Positions 45,246 through 56,178 of a stretch of 64,000 nucleotides of DNA are shown in pieces. The DNA is from Bacillota bacterium (GTDB taxonomy: Bacteria > Bacillota > Clostridia > Christensenellales > SZUA-584). Positions within the stretch are counted from its first letter, which is position 1. The number at the start of each line of letters is the position of its first letter. The position numbers and the translations under genes were made by a program. The notes beneath the pieces were generated by a model, which was given only the letters and a program-made list of their open reading frames with translations, was not told where the DNA came from and ran no database searches. The stretch covers positions 129,023 to 193,022 of the forward strand of contig JAEZKQ010000026.1 in NCBI GenBank assembly GCA_023436115.1. The letters run 5' to 3'.

Positions 45246-46310
45246 TTATGCCTCCAAAAATCCTAATACGATATCCGCCATTTGCGTGGTGGATACGGTT
45301 TCTTCTCCTGCCAGTGCGATGTCCTTCGTACGCGCACCGCTTTGCAGCGCGCGGCTCACCGCATTTTCGATATTCTTCGCCACATCTACCTGCCCCAGCG
45401 AGTAGCGCATCATCATAGCCGCAGAAAGCATCGTAGCCAGTGGGTTGGCAATGCCTTGCCCCGCAATATCCGGCGCGCTGCCGTGAACAGGTTCATACAT
45501 GCCCAATGTCGATGAACCAAGGCTCGCCGACGGCAGCATGCCGATAGACCCGGTGATCATCGCCGCTTCATCCGAAAGAATATCACCGAACATGTTTTCC
45601 GTCACGATGACATCAAACTGAGCAGGATTTCTCACAAGCTGCATCGCAGCGTTATCCACGTACATATGAGACAGCGTCACCTCGGGATATTCCTTCGCCA
45701 CCTCTGTCACCACGCTGCGCCAGAGCCTTGACGACTCCAGTATATTAGCTTTATCCACGCTGACAAGCTGCTTCTTGCGCCCCATCGCGGTCTTCATACC
45801 CACATGGGCTATGCGCCGCACTTCATCCGCTGTATAGCTCATGGTATCATAAGCATATGTGTCGGTGCGCTCCTGCTTACCAAAGTAAACGCCGCCCGTG
45901 AGCTCGCGTATCACCATTATATCCAGCCCGTTCTCGGTGAGCGAAGGCTTAAGCGGACAGGCCGTTGCCAGTTCTTTATACAGCAGCGCCGGGCGCAGGT
46001 TCGCAAAAAGCCCCAGCTTCGAACGAAGATCAAGCAGCGCGTTTTCGGGTCGCATGCCAGACGGCATCGTATCCCATTTATAGCCGCCCACCGCGCCCAA
46101 AAGCACGGCATCGCTGTTTAGAGCGCCCGCAAGCGTCTCCTCAGGCAGCGGACAGCCCTTTGCGTCGATAGCGCAGCCGCCCGCCAGATAGTGCTCGAAC
46201 TCAAGTGTCAAATCCTTATTTTGCGTCGCACGCTCCAGTACGCGAAGCGTCTCATTTATCACCTCCGGGCCGATTCCGTCGCCCGGTATCACCGCAATTC
46301 TTTTTTTCAT
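45246..46310 (-). CDS. leuB: 3-isopropylmalate dehydrogenase
   Basis: [38 protein letters not shown]-type motif and [13 protein letters not shown]. Confidence 0.92.
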   Translation of the reverse strand: MKKRIAVIPGDGIGPEVINETLRVLERATQNKDLTLEFEHYLAGGCAIDAKGCPLPEETLAGALNSDAVLLGAVGGYKWDTMPSGMRPENALLDLRSKLGLFANLRPALLYKELATACPLKPSLTENGLDIMVIRELTGGVYFGKQERTDTYAYDTMSYTADEVRRIAHVGMKTAMGRKKQLVSVDKANILESSRLWRSVVTEVAKEYPEVTLSHMYVDNAAMQLVRNPAQFDVIVTENMFGDILSDEAAMITGSIGMLPSASLGSSTLGMYEPVHGSAPDIAGQGIANPLATMLSAAMMMRYSLGQVDVAKNIENAVSRALQSGARTKDIALAGEETVSTTQMADIVLGFLEA

Positions 46311-46381
46311 TGCGCCTCCTTGTTAAACCTTAAAACATACAAGTCATTATAGCATTTATTTATTAGCATGACTATTTCTGG

Positions 46382-47941
46382 TTACACGTTTAGTAATAGG
46401 TAGTCGATCGAATCGATGAGTGCCAGCAAGCTCGCTTCGATAACGTCTGTCGAAACGCCCATTGTCCGCCAGTAATTCTCTCCGTCACTGGACTCGATCA
46501 CGACGCGCACCTTGGCCGCCGTCGCTGCATTGGTATCCAATACACGAACCTTATAGTCCGTCAGCATCACGCCTTTAAGAGCCGGGAAAAATGTGCCCAG
46601 CGCTTCACGAATGGCTTTGTCCAGCGCGTTGACAGGGCCGTTTCCTTCAGCTGCCGCCATGCGATTCTCACCGTCTACATCCACCTTGACCACGGCGTAA
46701 GCGCCAAATGTGTTCTCATATGTCGGCTCGTCGCTGACCTTGAAGTGCACCAGAGAAAATTTTGACTTGTGCAGCCCCAATTGCTTCATCACAAACAGCT
46801 TAAAGCTGCTCTCCGCGCCCTCATAGCTGTACCCTTCGCTTTCTAGTTCTTTGAGCGTCTTCATCAGCTGCGAGACTTTCTGTTTGTCTTCGGCCACATC
46901 CGGGAAAATATCTTTAAGCTTTTCGGCCATCGCGCTTTTCCCCGCGACTTCACTGAGCAGGAATTCGCGGCTGTTGCCCACAACCGACGGCTCTATATGC
47001 TCAAAAGAACCCTTGGCCTTGCACAGCCCGTCGATATGCATGCCGCCCTTATGCGCGAAAGCGTTTCGGCCCACATATGGCAGCGTTTCGTCAAACGACA
47101 GGTTGGTGATCTCAGCCGCTTCTCTCGACACAGCGTAAAGCTTGCTTAAGTTGTCACCTATACAATCATACCCCAGCTTAAGCTGCAAATTGGGTATGAT
47201 AGACGACAGGCGCGCATTGCCGCTGCGTTCGCCGTAGCCCAGCAACGTGCCCTGCACATGGCAGACGCCCAACTGCACCGCCATGATGGAATTGGCTACC
47301 GCCAGCTCTGTATCGTTGTGTGCATGGATGCCCAGTTTCTTATCGACAACCTCCAAAGACGCTTTCACAGCCGCCTGCATTTCGTGCGGCATCGTACCCC
47401 CGTTGGTATCACACAGCACGATCACATCCGCATCCGCCCGGCAGGCCGTTTTAAGAACCTCCAGTGCGTAGACCGGATTGGCTTTGTATCCGTCGAAGAA
47501 ATGCTCCGCATCAAATATGACCTCTTTACCGCTGTCCTTTAAGAACCTCAACGTATCGTAGATCATATTCAGGTTTTCTTCAAGCGTGGTGCCTATCACT
47601 TCCGTGGCGTGAAGATCCCAGGCCTTGCCGAAGACCGCTACCGCCTGCGTCTCCGCGTCCATGAGCGCTTTCACGCCCGCGTCCGTGGCCGCATCGGCGT
47701 TTTTCCGGCGTGTGCTTCCAAACGCGACAAGCCGCGCATGAGCAAGCTCAACTTTGACCGCTTCTTCAAAGAACTGCCGTTCCTTAGGATTAGAGGCAGG
47801 ATTTCCTGCCTCTATGTAATCCACACCAAGACTATCCAGCAGTTTGAGCATGTGTATTTTGTCGGATAACGAGTAGTTGATACCACGTGCCTGCGCACCG
47901 TCACGCAGTGTGGAATCGAATATTTCAACCTTTTTAGACAT
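46382..47941 (-). CDS. cimA: Citramalate synthase (LeuA-family, CimA type)
   Basis: IFDSTLRDGAQ..., HAHNDTELAVANS and a 519-aa length with a C-terminal regulatory domain. It is a second LeuA paralogue inside the ilv operon. The CimA versus LeuA call rests on the typical CimA N-terminus and on context. Confidence 0.7.
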   Translation of the reverse strand: MSKKVEIFDSTLRDGAQARGINYSLSDKIHMLKLLDSLGVDYIEAGNPASNPKERQFFEEAVKVELAHARLVAFGSTRRKNADAATDAGVKALMDAETQAVAVFGKAWDLHATEVIGTTLEENLNMIYDTLRFLKDSGKEVIFDAEHFFDGYKANPVYALEVLKTACRADADVIVLCDTNGGTMPHEMQAAVKASLEVVDKKLGIHAHNDTELAVANSIMAVQLGVCHVQGTLLGYGERSGNARLSSIIPNLQLKLGYDCIGDNLSKLYAVSREAAEITNLSFDETLPYVGRNAFAHKGGMHIDGLCKAKGSFEHIEPSVVGNSREFLLSEVAGKSAMAEKLKDIFPDVAEDKQKVSQLMKTLKELESEGYSYEGAESSFKLFVMKQLGLHKSKFSLVHFKVSDEPTYENTFGAYAVVKVDVDGENRMAAAEGNGPVNALDKAIREALGTFFPALKGVMLTDYKVRVLDTNAATAAKVRVVIESSDGENYWRTMGVSTDVIEASLLALIDSIDYLLLNV

Positions 47942-47966
47942 TTTAATGCTCCTTATATGGGGCGAA

Positions 47967-48968
47967 TTAGAACTCCGGCTCAGTCTGCCAAGGCATCATT
48001 TTGCGCAGTTCCTTACCGACCTTTTCAACAGGAAGCTCACGCTCGATACGCCTTCTGGCATAAAAGCCCGGACGCCCCGCTTTGTTTTCGGCGATCCAGC
48101 GGCTTGCGAATGTGCCTTCCTGAATCTCCTGCAGTACCTTTTTCATTTCCTTGCGGGTTTCATCCGTAATAATGCGGCGACCGATGGAATAATCGCCGTA
48201 TTCTGCCGTATCGCTGATGGAATAACGCATATAGGAAAGACCGCCCTTATTAATCATATCAACGATCAGCTTCATTTCATGAATGCATTCAAAATACGCG
48301 CTTTCGGGCTCATAGCCCGCTTCCACGAGTGTATCAAAACCGGCTTTCATAAGCTCCGTCACGCCGCCGCAAAGCACAGCCTGCTCGCCGAAAAGGTCGG
48401 TCTCAGTCTCTTCACGGAATGTCGTGGCAAGAATTCCTGAGCGTGCGCCGCCGATGCCTTCCGCATAGGCAAGGCCCACTTCAAGCGTATCGCCGGTGGG
48501 GTCCTGAGCCACCGCGATGAGACACGGCACGCCTTTGCCATCCACGAATTCGCTGCGCACGGTATGGCCGGGGCCTTTGGGCGCCACCATGAACACGCCG
48601 ACACCCGCGGGCGGTTTGATCTGGTTGAAATGGATGTTGAAGCCGTGTGCAAAGGCCAGATATTTTCCGTCCGTCAGACCGGGCTTCACAGACTCTTCGT
48701 AAATCTTTGCCTGAAGCTCATCGTTAACGAGAATCATAATCACATCAGCCTGCTTTGCCGCGTCCGCCGCCGTTGCCACCTTTAAGCCATATGAAGCGGC
48801 CTTTTCCCAAGACTTAGAACCTTCATACAGACCGACGATCACATTGAATCCCGAATCATGCAGGTTCATCGCGTGGGCATGGCCCTGGCTGCCAAAGCCG
48901 ATAATCGCCACCGTTTTGTCCATTAAGTACTCTTTTTTGCAATCTGACTGATAATATAACTTTGCCAC
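47967..48968 (-). CDS. ilvC: Ketol-acid reductoisomerase
   Basis: (M)AKLYYQSDC...[19 protein letters not shown]. The probable GTG start at 48968 is preceded by AAGGAGAA. The track ORF to 49100 would overlap ilvN. Confidence 0.9.
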   Translation of the reverse strand: MAKLYYQSDCKKEYLMDKTVAIIGFGSQGHAHAMNLHDSGFNVIVGLYEGSKSWEKAASYGLKVATAADAAKQADVIMILVNDELQAKIYEESVKPGLTDGKYLAFAHGFNIHFNQIKPPAGVGVFMVAPKGPGHTVRSEFVDGKGVPCLIAVAQDPTGDTLEVGLAYAEGIGGARSGILATTFREETETDLFGEQAVLCGGVTELMKAGFDTLVEAGYEPESAYFECIHEMKLIVDMINKGGLSYMRYSISDTAEYGDYSIGRRIITDETRKEMKKVLQEIQEGTFASRWIAENKAGRPGFYARRRIERELPVEKVGKELRKMMPWQTEPEF

Positions 48969-49011
48969 TTTCTTCGTTCTCCTTATAATTTTATTAGATT
49001 TAATATTCTCA

Positions 49012-49536
49012 TTATATTTTTTGCATAGCCGCAGCTTGGCTGTCGTAAAGCTGCGTATCGCCCATTTCCAAAGCGACCATACCCGTTCTGGCCAGTTCAA
49101 TAATAGTGTATTTTCTTAATAGCTCAACGCTCTGGTTGATATAGTTTATCGTTCCGTAAAGCTGTATCGTAAGAGACTTTTCACCGATATCCAGTACAAT
49201 ACCGCGCCTAGATTCAACATCGGCCATCAGCGTCTTTTTATCCACACCCTCTGTGCCGATTTTGATGAGCGCAATCTCACGGAATATACCATTATCCCCT
49301 GGAATCTCCTTAATGGCCTTCACATCCAGCAGCTTATCAAACTGCTTAACAACCTGCTCAATCACCGCATCCTCGGCATCCATCACGATTGTAATTCGCG
49401 ATAGGTCTGGGTTACTTGTCACACCAACTGTCAAGCTGTCGATGTTAAACCCTCGGCGGCTGATGAGACCGGAAATTCGTGATAGGACACCCGGCTGGTT
49501 GGATACGATAAACGATATCACACGCTGCATAATCAT
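49012..49536 (-). CDS. ilvN: Acetolactate synthase small (regulatory) subunit
   Basis: ACT-domain N-terminus [32 protein letters not shown]. 174 aa. Confidence 0.88.
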   Translation of the reverse strand: MIMQRVISFIVSNQPGVLSRISGLISRRGFNIDSLTVGVTSNPDLSRITIVMDAEDAVIEQVVKQFDKLLDVKAIKEIPGDNGIFREIALIKIGTEGVDKKTLMADVESRRGIVLDIGEKSLTIQLYGTINYINQSVELLRKYTIIELARTGMVALEMGDTQLYDSQAAAMQKI

Positions 49537-49579
49537 TTCCTTTCTTTCTCAATAAATGTTCAATATAACAAAAAAACTG

Positions 49580-49875
49580 CACCCTTCTATAACAGAAGAG
49601 ACGCAGTTGTTAAACAACTTCGCGGTACCACTCTACTTGTCTTTATACAAAGACCACCTCAAAGGCTCCATCAAGCCCCTAATCGATAACGGGATAACCC
49701 GGCCATGTCTACTATGTTCGACACGCAGCTCCGGAGGGATTTGTTAAGCGCCATGCTACCGGTTTTCACCACACACCGGCTCTCTGTTAAGTCACGCTCT
49801 GCTTAACCTGTCTCCATCTACGCTTTTATTGTTTCGATAATAACAAACATGCTCTTATTTGTCAACATGCGATTT
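49580..49875 (-). promoter_or_regulatory. T-box leader with promoter and terminator upstream of ilvN
   Basis: Minus strand: TTGACA (49870-49875), 17 nt spacer, TATTAT (49847-49852). Stem I has the AGAGAG bulge and GGTGAAAA distal loop. The T-box sequence AGAGTGGTACCGCGAAG is at 49628-49644. The terminator hairpin is at 49587-49616, followed by U7. Confidence 0.8.
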
Positions 49876-49948
49876 TTACACAAATAAGATTGCCCTTACA
49901 ATATTATTCAAGCATTTTTAAAAAGTGCATACCTTTTTAATGAAATTT

Positions 49949-51643
49949 TTATATCAACCCCTCAAAATACGCAGCGATCTGCTCAAGCTGCTTTTGGGCT
50001 TCCTCTTTGTTGCCAGCACAAGCCGCAAAATACGCCTTGATTTTGGGCTCTGTACCCGAAGGTCGAATACACGCCCATGCGCCGTTCTCCAGCAGGAAAC
50101 GCAATGCGTTCGTTTTGGGCAGCGTTATCGGCTGCTGTTTCCCCTGCGCGTCTGTGCTGACACCGGACTGATAATCCTCAAATACCAGAACCTTAAGTGA
50201 GCCGATTTGCGAAGCGGGCTTTTCACGGAGCGACGTCATTATAGCCTTCATCTTGTCCATGCCGTCCAGCCCTTCAAAAACCATATTTTTCACGCCTTCG
50301 GCATAATAGCCGTATTTTTGATACATGGCATCCAGCACTTGGAGCAGGGTTTTACCCTGCTTTCGGTAATGCTGCGCGGCCTTGCAAAGCAGCAGCGCCC
50401 CCAGCGCGCCGTCTTTGTCGCGCGTGAACGTACCGGCCAGATAGCCGTAGCTCTCCTCAAAGCCGAAAACAAACTCAGAGCCTGTCCCCTCGTTCTGCGT
50501 GATGATCTCGGATATGAACCGAAAACCTGTCAGCACCGTATGGCAGACGATACCGTAATGCTTGGCGATGGCATCGGCCAGCGTCGTAGATACAAACGAT
50601 TTGATGATATAGTCTGTCCGCTTTAAACTTCCATCAGCCTTGCGTTTTTCCAGCAAATACTCGATCAGTATGCACGCGATCTGGTTGCCCGTCAGCATCT
50701 TAAAAGTACCGTCTTTATCGCGCGCCGCAGCGCCCATGCGGTCTGCATCCGGGTCTGTCCCAAATGCCAGCTCCGCCCCCGTTTTCTGCGCAAGCTCCAC
50801 TGCCATCTTCATCGCGGATGCATCTTCGGGATTAGGCGATTTAATTGTGGGAAAATGCCCGTCCGGCTCTCGCTGCTCCTCCACAATCGCCAAATTATTG
50901 ATACCTGCCGCGGGAAAAACATTCTGTACGGTACGCAGCCCCGAACCGTGCAGCGGTGTGTAAACCACTTTAAAACCGTCCGCAACTTCATGATTGCACA
51001 GTGTCAGCAGCTTTTCATAATATAGCGCGTCGATCTCTTCGCCGATCTCCACGATAATGCCTTCACGAACCCCTTCGTCATAGTCCATTCTTTTTATATC
51101 GCGGAACGCATCCACTTTCTGAATACATTCAGTCACTGCGAGGCTCTCCTCGGGCCCCAGTTGCCCGCCATATGACGCGTACACCTTGTATCCGTTATAC
51201 TCCTTGGGGTTGTGGCTCGCTGTAATGACCACGCCGCCATCGGCGCCAAAATATCTCACAGCAAAGGATAACTCCGGTACGCTCGTAAGCTGCTTAAAAA
51301 TTCTAGCCTTTATGCCGTTTCCCGCGAACACGCAAGCCGTTTCAAGAGCGAATTCACGCGAATAAAGCCGTGAGTCGTACGCAATCACCATGCCGTTTTG
51401 CGTTTGCCCGGCGGCTTTCAAATAGTCAGAAAGTCCTTGTGTCGCGCGCGCAACGATGTAACGGTTCATGCGGCCGATTCCTGCGCCGATAATACCGCGC
51501 AGCCCGGCCGTTCCGAAAGGCAGATCGTTTAAAAAACGCTCCTTGATCTGCGTGTCGTCGTCTTTGATCGCCCTAAGCTCCGATAAAAGCTCCTCTTCAT
51601 TAACTGATTTTAGCCATTGCTCGTAAGTGTCCTTATATGTCAT
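49949..51643 (-). CDS. Phosphoglucomutase / phosphohexomutase family protein
   Basis: GVVITASHNPKEYNGYKV active-site loop and GTDPDADR metal loop. ATG 51643 is preceded by AGGAG. Confidence 0.88.
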   Translation of the reverse strand: MTYKDTYEQWLKSVNEEELLSELRAIKDDDTQIKERFLNDLPFGTAGLRGIIGAGIGRMNRYIVARATQGLSDYLKAAGQTQNGMVIAYDSRLYSREFALETACVFAGNGIKARIFKQLTSVPELSFAVRYFGADGGVVITASHNPKEYNGYKVYASYGGQLGPEESLAVTECIQKVDAFRDIKRMDYDEGVREGIIVEIGEEIDALYYEKLLTLCNHEVADGFKVVYTPLHGSGLRTVQNVFPAAGINNLAIVEEQREPDGHFPTIKSPNPEDASAMKMAVELAQKTGAELAFGTDPDADRMGAAARDKDGTFKMLTGNQIACILIEYLLEKRKADGSLKRTDYIIKSFVSTTLADAIAKHYGIVCHTVLTGFRFISEIITQNEGTGSEFVFGFEESYGYLAGTFTRDKDGALGALLLCKAAQHYRKQGKTLLQVLDAMYQKYGYYAEGVKNMVFEGLDGMDKMKAIMTSLREKPASQIGSLKVLVFEDYQSGVSTDAQGKQQPITLPKTNALRFLLENGAWACIRPSGTEPKIKAYFAACAGNKEEAQKQLEQIAAYFEGLI

Positions 51644-51666
51644 CAAAACTCTCCTATAGTTATTAT

Positions 51667-53706
51667 TCAGCCTATTTTTAGCCAAGCGGCGCTGCCAGCA
51701 TCCAGAGTCAGTTCCAGCAATCCGTCGATAAGGCCATATTGTCTGTTCGTTAACTGACAAACGGCAGTTTTTTTAAGGCGAGGCCTCAGCAAACGCTGAT
51801 GAGCCTCAGGTATCAGCGCGTGATTGCCCAACAAATCAAACACCACATGGACTCTGCGTTCGGCGCGGTTGACAGCCACGAAGTATACATCGTCCTTTGC
51901 CGTTTCTCCAAAAGCATCCTTACCGTCTGCGATATAGCGCAATATGCCGATACAATCTTGATCAGCCGAGAAAAACGCGGTATAACCGGATTTCATCGCA
52001 TCGGCTGTACTGCGCATAACGGCAAGCTTTCTGTAAAAATCCGTCAAGTCATAAGCACCTGTCCTAAGCGGCCCGCGGTTGAACGGGTCTAAAAAACCCG
52101 TCATGCCTTTTTCGTCGCCATAATAAATACAAGGTACGCCCGGCAGCGCAAATTGCAGCACCGCTGCAAGCCGCTGACGCTCGGCGCCTTTTCTGTTTTG
52201 CATGTCGCTTAAACGAAACGAGGCCTGCTGCTCACGGCTCAGCGTATGCGGATCAAGTCGTGTGCTGAGTGCAGTGCGAATCCTTTCAATGTCGTGGGAC
52301 GACAACAGATTCATGAGCGCGTAATACATAGGTTTGGGATAAGCCGCAGCCTGGTCAACCAAAAAATCTTTAAGCGCCTGCGCGTCGATAATGCCCATTA
52401 AAAAACCCACAAGCGCGTTGCGGAGCGGATAATTCATGACGGAATCCAGCATACCCCCCAGCGCATATTTGCGCTTTGTGCCGTAGCTGTATTTAGTGGT
52501 TGCGTCTTCCCATACTTCTCCCAGCATGACCGCGTCGCCTTTGGTCTGCTTGGCAGCGCTGTACATAAGCGCCAATATCTCATCAGGTAATTCATCAGCC
52601 ACATCCAGGCGGTATCCTGATGCGCCTTTTTGAATCCAATGGCGAATCACGCTGTCTTCGCCTGTGATGATGTATGTTTGCCAGTCCGGGTTATTTTCAT
52701 TGACCTCAGGCAGCGATTTGAACCCCCACCAGCATTTATAACTGTCGGGATAATTTTCAAACGTATACCATGGGTAGTATTCGGATTCGATACTGTTTGC
52801 CGCACCGGCTGTGTCATATGCGCCTTCGCGGTTAAAGTAAATGCTGTCAGAGCCGGTATGCGAGAAAACGCCGTCCAGCATAATGCGGATGCCCTTGTCT
52901 GCTGCCTTATCACACAGCGATTTAAAGTCTTCTTCGTTGCCCAGTACCGGATCGACCTTCATATAATCCGCCGTGTTATAACGGTGGTTGGACGCCGCCT
53001 CAAATATCGGGTTTAGGTAGATCACACCGACGCCGAGACTTGCGAAATAATCCAGCGAATCTTCAATACCCTTGAGCGTACCTCCGAAATAGTCGCAAGG
53101 GTCATAGGATTCCTTGCCCGGCATCGCTCTGTAGAGCGGCTCCTCACTCCATCTATCATGCTCATATACAAAGCGGCCTTTGTCTCGGTGATAATCAAGC
53201 CCCGCTTTCACCGTATCCTCTCCGCTGCGTTTAAAGCGGTCGGGGAAAATCTGATACATGATGCTCTTGCGAAACCATGCGGGTGTCTGAAAATCCGCGC
53301 TGTACACCGTCAGTTGGTAAGCAGGCGGCGGCTCGGTGTATGCACAGCCAATACCGCCCGTGCGTTTTCCTTCCGTGCCGTAGTAGACAATTTTGCCCTC
53401 TGTGCTGACGCTAAAATAGTACCAGTATACGCCGGGGCTGGACGGCGCATTGATTTGCGCGCGCCAATACCCGTCTTCCTGCGCCATGACTATATCCTGA
53501 CGAAACCCCTCACAGAAAAGACATAAATAAACGCTGGTTATGTTGTGTAGCCGCGTTCGCAGGCGCAGCGTCACTGCTGTCTCACAAGTGACAGCCCCCA
53601 CAGGATCTCTAAACGCCTGCATGGTTGAATTGTGCATCATTTCGTTCCTGTAATTAATCAGCATCGGATCGGTAAGCTCCTTTGCTCTTATTTGTTGAGC
53701 CGCCAA
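51667..53706 (-). CDS. GH13 alpha-amylase-family glycoside hydrolase (neopullulanase/cyclomaltodextrinase-like)
   Basis: YQIFPDRF, DGVFSHTG, GYRLDVADELP and EVWED are GH13 conserved regions I-III. The start is uncertain (53706 or 53664). Confidence 0.85.
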   Translation of the reverse strand: MAAQQIRAKELTDPMLINYRNEMMHNSTMQAFRDPVGAVTCETAVTLRLRTRLHNITSVYLCLFCEGFRQDIVMAQEDGYWRAQINAPSSPGVYWYYFSVSTEGKIVYYGTEGKRTGGIGCAYTEPPPAYQLTVYSADFQTPAWFRKSIMYQIFPDRFKRSGEDTVKAGLDYHRDKGRFVYEHDRWSEEPLYRAMPGKESYDPCDYFGGTLKGIEDSLDYFASLGVGVIYLNPIFEAASNHRYNTADYMKVDPVLGNEEDFKSLCDKAADKGIRIMLDGVFSHTGSDSIYFNREGAYDTAGAANSIESEYYPWYTFENYPDSYKCWWGFKSLPEVNENNPDWQTYIITGEDSVIRHWIQKGASGYRLDVADELPDEILALMYSAAKQTKGDAVMLGEVWEDATTKYSYGTKRKYALGGMLDSVMNYPLRNALVGFLMGIIDAQALKDFLVDQAAAYPKPMYYALMNLLSSHDIERIRTALSTRLDPHTLSREQQASFRLSDMQNRKGAERQRLAAVLQFALPGVPCIYYGDEKGMTGFLDPFNRGPLRTGAYDLTDFYRKLAVMRSTADAMKSGYTAFFSADQDCIGILRYIADGKDAFGETAKDDVYFVAVNRAERRVHVVFDLLGNHALIPEAHQRLLRPRLKKTAVCQLTNRQYGLIDGLLELTLDAGSAAWLKIG

Positions 53707-56141
53707 ATCAGTCTGTTATACTCGTCAATCGTCCTGTCGGCGCTGAAAAATCCCGCGCAGGCCGTATTCATGGCCGCCATGTGCATCCATGCGTAGGTAT
53801 TGATGTATTTGCTAAGGACGGTTTCAAAAACATGACAATACGAATCAAAGTCATATAGCAAAAAGTATTTATCCGCCCGGTCATAGTCTCCAAACAGCAG
53901 TGAGTTGTAAATGCTCTCAAAGCGGCCCGGTTCATCCGGGCTCAGCGTCCCGTCAATGAGTCGCGCTATGGCATTATGAATATTCATATTGCTGTCAAAT
54001 AATTCTTTGGGCCGATAGGTATTGTCCGCCTCCATGCGCGCAATCTCGTCAGCAAGTGCACCGAATATGAATATGTTCTCTTCTCCTACCTGCTCTAATA
54101 TCTCGATATTCGCACCGTCCATCGTACCCAGCGTGACGGCGCCGTTTAGCATGAACTTCATGTTGCCGGTGCCCGAGGCTTCACGCCCCGCGGTGGAGAT
54201 TTGTTCGCTGATATCGGCTGCCGGAATCAGCAGCTCAGCCAGCGACACATTATAGTTTTCAAGGAATACGACCTTAATCATTTCTTTTGTGCGCGGATGA
54301 TTGTTCACCAGATCAGCCGCGGCGTTGATGAGGCGGATAATGCTTTTGGCCTTGCGGTATCCGGGAGATGCTTTCGCCGCAAAAAGGAACGTCACGGGTG
54401 CGGGCAGCGAAAATGACGCGTCTTCTGTAAAGCGGTTAAAAAGGTAAAGTATATGCAGCACTTTGAGTAGCTGCCGCTTATATTCGTGAAGCCGCTTGGC
54501 CTGAACATCGAATATGCTTGTATCGTTAATGGAAACACCCTGAGTCTTAAAGACATGCTGGGCCAAGCGCTTTTTATTCTGCGCTTTTACCTCGGCGAAA
54601 TCCGAAAGAAAGCTCTTTTTATCCGCAAACGGTTTCAATCGCTCCAGTTCACGATAATCGGCGATAAACTGATTGCCTATATGGTCGCTGATCAGAGCCG
54701 TCAGCTCCGGGTTAGCCTCCGCCAGCCAGCGCCGTTGCGTGATACCGTTGGTGATGGCCGTGAACTTGGCCGGGAATATCACATAAAAATCACGGAAAGT
54801 GCGTGTTTTTAATATTTCTCCGTGCAGCTGTGACACGCCGTTGACGGCGCTGCACACGGCAATACACATATTGGCCATACGAATCTCGTCATAGGCGATA
54901 ATAGACATATGAGAGATCTTATCCCAGTTTCCGGGGAACGTCTGCCATAGTTTCTGGCTGAATCGGTCGTTAATCGCGCTGACGATGGCATATACGCGCG
55001 GCAGTAGCGATTTAAAAAGCTGCTCGGGCCACGCCTCCAGCGCTTCCTGCATCACCGTATGGTTGGTATAGTTAAACACGCGGCTCACGATATCATATGC
55101 TTCGTCCCATCCGAGACCTTCCTGATCGAGCAGTATACGCAGCAGTTCAGGTATGGCCAAAGCCGGATGCGTGTCGTTGATTTGTATCACGACCTTATCG
55201 GGCAGGTTCTTAACCGTACCGTAGCGCTTTTTGTGTTCACGCACCATGTTCTGCATCGTCGCTGACGCAAGGAAGTAATACTGCTTCAAACGCAGAAGCC
55301 TGCCCGCTACGTGATCGTCTTCTGGATAAAGCACCTTAGATATAGACTCAGCCAGCTCGCGTTGCTGCATCATGCACATATAATCGCCTTTGTTGAAAGA
55401 CTGTAAATCAAACGCCGCGGGACATTCCGCACGCCATAGGCGCAGCGTCGCGGGCATTTCGCTTTGGTAGCCGATCACAGGCATATCATACGGCACCGCC
55501 ATCACCGTTTGATAATTCTTGTGCACCACAACCAAGCCCGATTCCGTCCATTGCTCATCGATAACACCTTCAAAATGCACCTCAACCTGCTCTTCGCGCC
55601 TCTCGATTTCCCAAACATCGCCCTTTGCTGTCCAGTCGTCGGGTTCTTCTACCTGCTGCCCATCCACGATGCGCTGGCGGAAAATACCGTATTCATAGCG
55701 TATGCCATTGCCGATCACAGGCAGATTCAGCGTGGAAAGAGAATCGAGGAAGCAAGCTGCCAGCCTGCCAAGGCCGCCGTTTCCGAGGCCCGCTTCGTTT
55801 TCTTCCTGCTCAAGCTTATCAAAGGGGTAGCCCAATTCCTGCATGACCGCCTTGTAATCATCCAAAATGCCCAAATTGATCATATTGTTGACCAGCGCGC
55901 GGCCCATGAGGAATTCAGCGGAAAGATAATAGAGCCGTTTTAACTGCCGCTTCTCTATCTCTTCTCCGGCTTTCACCCATCTGTCTAAAATAAGGTCTCG
56001 TACGCTTAAGGCCACAGCCTGGAACATTTCTTCATCCGATGCATTTTCCAGCGTGCGCCCATATTGCCCTTTGAGCTTTGACTGAATAGATTCTTTTATT
56101 CTTTCAATACGAGATCTTTCGTTTTTGCGTTCGGTTATCAA
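53688..56141 (-). CDS. glgP: Glycogen/maltodextrin phosphorylase
   Basis: 817 aa with the EASGTGNMKFMLNG pyridoxal-phosphate site and GLGNGGLGRLAACFLDS. Confidence 0.93.
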   Translation of the reverse strand: MITERKNERSRIERIKESIQSKLKGQYGRTLENASDEEMFQAVALSVRDLILDRWVKAGEEIEKRQLKRLYYLSAEFLMGRALVNNMINLGILDDYKAVMQELGYPFDKLEQEENEAGLGNGGLGRLAACFLDSLSTLNLPVIGNGIRYEYGIFRQRIVDGQQVEEPDDWTAKGDVWEIERREEQVEVHFEGVIDEQWTESGLVVVHKNYQTVMAVPYDMPVIGYQSEMPATLRLWRAECPAAFDLQSFNKGDYMCMMQQRELAESISKVLYPEDDHVAGRLLRLKQYYFLASATMQNMVREHKKRYGTVKNLPDKVVIQINDTHPALAIPELLRILLDQEGLGWDEAYDIVSRVFNYTNHTVMQEALEAWPEQLFKSLLPRVYAIVSAINDRFSQKLWQTFPGNWDKISHMSIIAYDEIRMANMCIAVCSAVNGVSQLHGEILKTRTFRDFYVIFPAKFTAITNGITQRRWLAEANPELTALISDHIGNQFIADYRELERLKPFADKKSFLSDFAEVKAQNKKRLAQHVFKTQGVSINDTSIFDVQAKRLHEYKRQLLKVLHILYLFNRFTEDASFSLPAPVTFLFAAKASPGYRKAKSIIRLINAAADLVNNHPRTKEMIKVVFLENYNVSLAELLIPAADISEQISTAGREASGTGNMKFMLNGAVTLGTMDGANIEILEQVGEENIFIFGALADEIARMEADNTYRPKELFDSNMNIHNAIARLIDGTLSPDEPGRFESIYNSLLFGDYDRADKYFLLYDFDSYCHVFETVLSKYINTYAWMHMAAMNTACAGFFSADRTIDEYNRLIWRLNK

Positions 56142-56178
56142 ATTGTCTTCCTCCGTTAAAAAACCGCCTTAACTTTTT

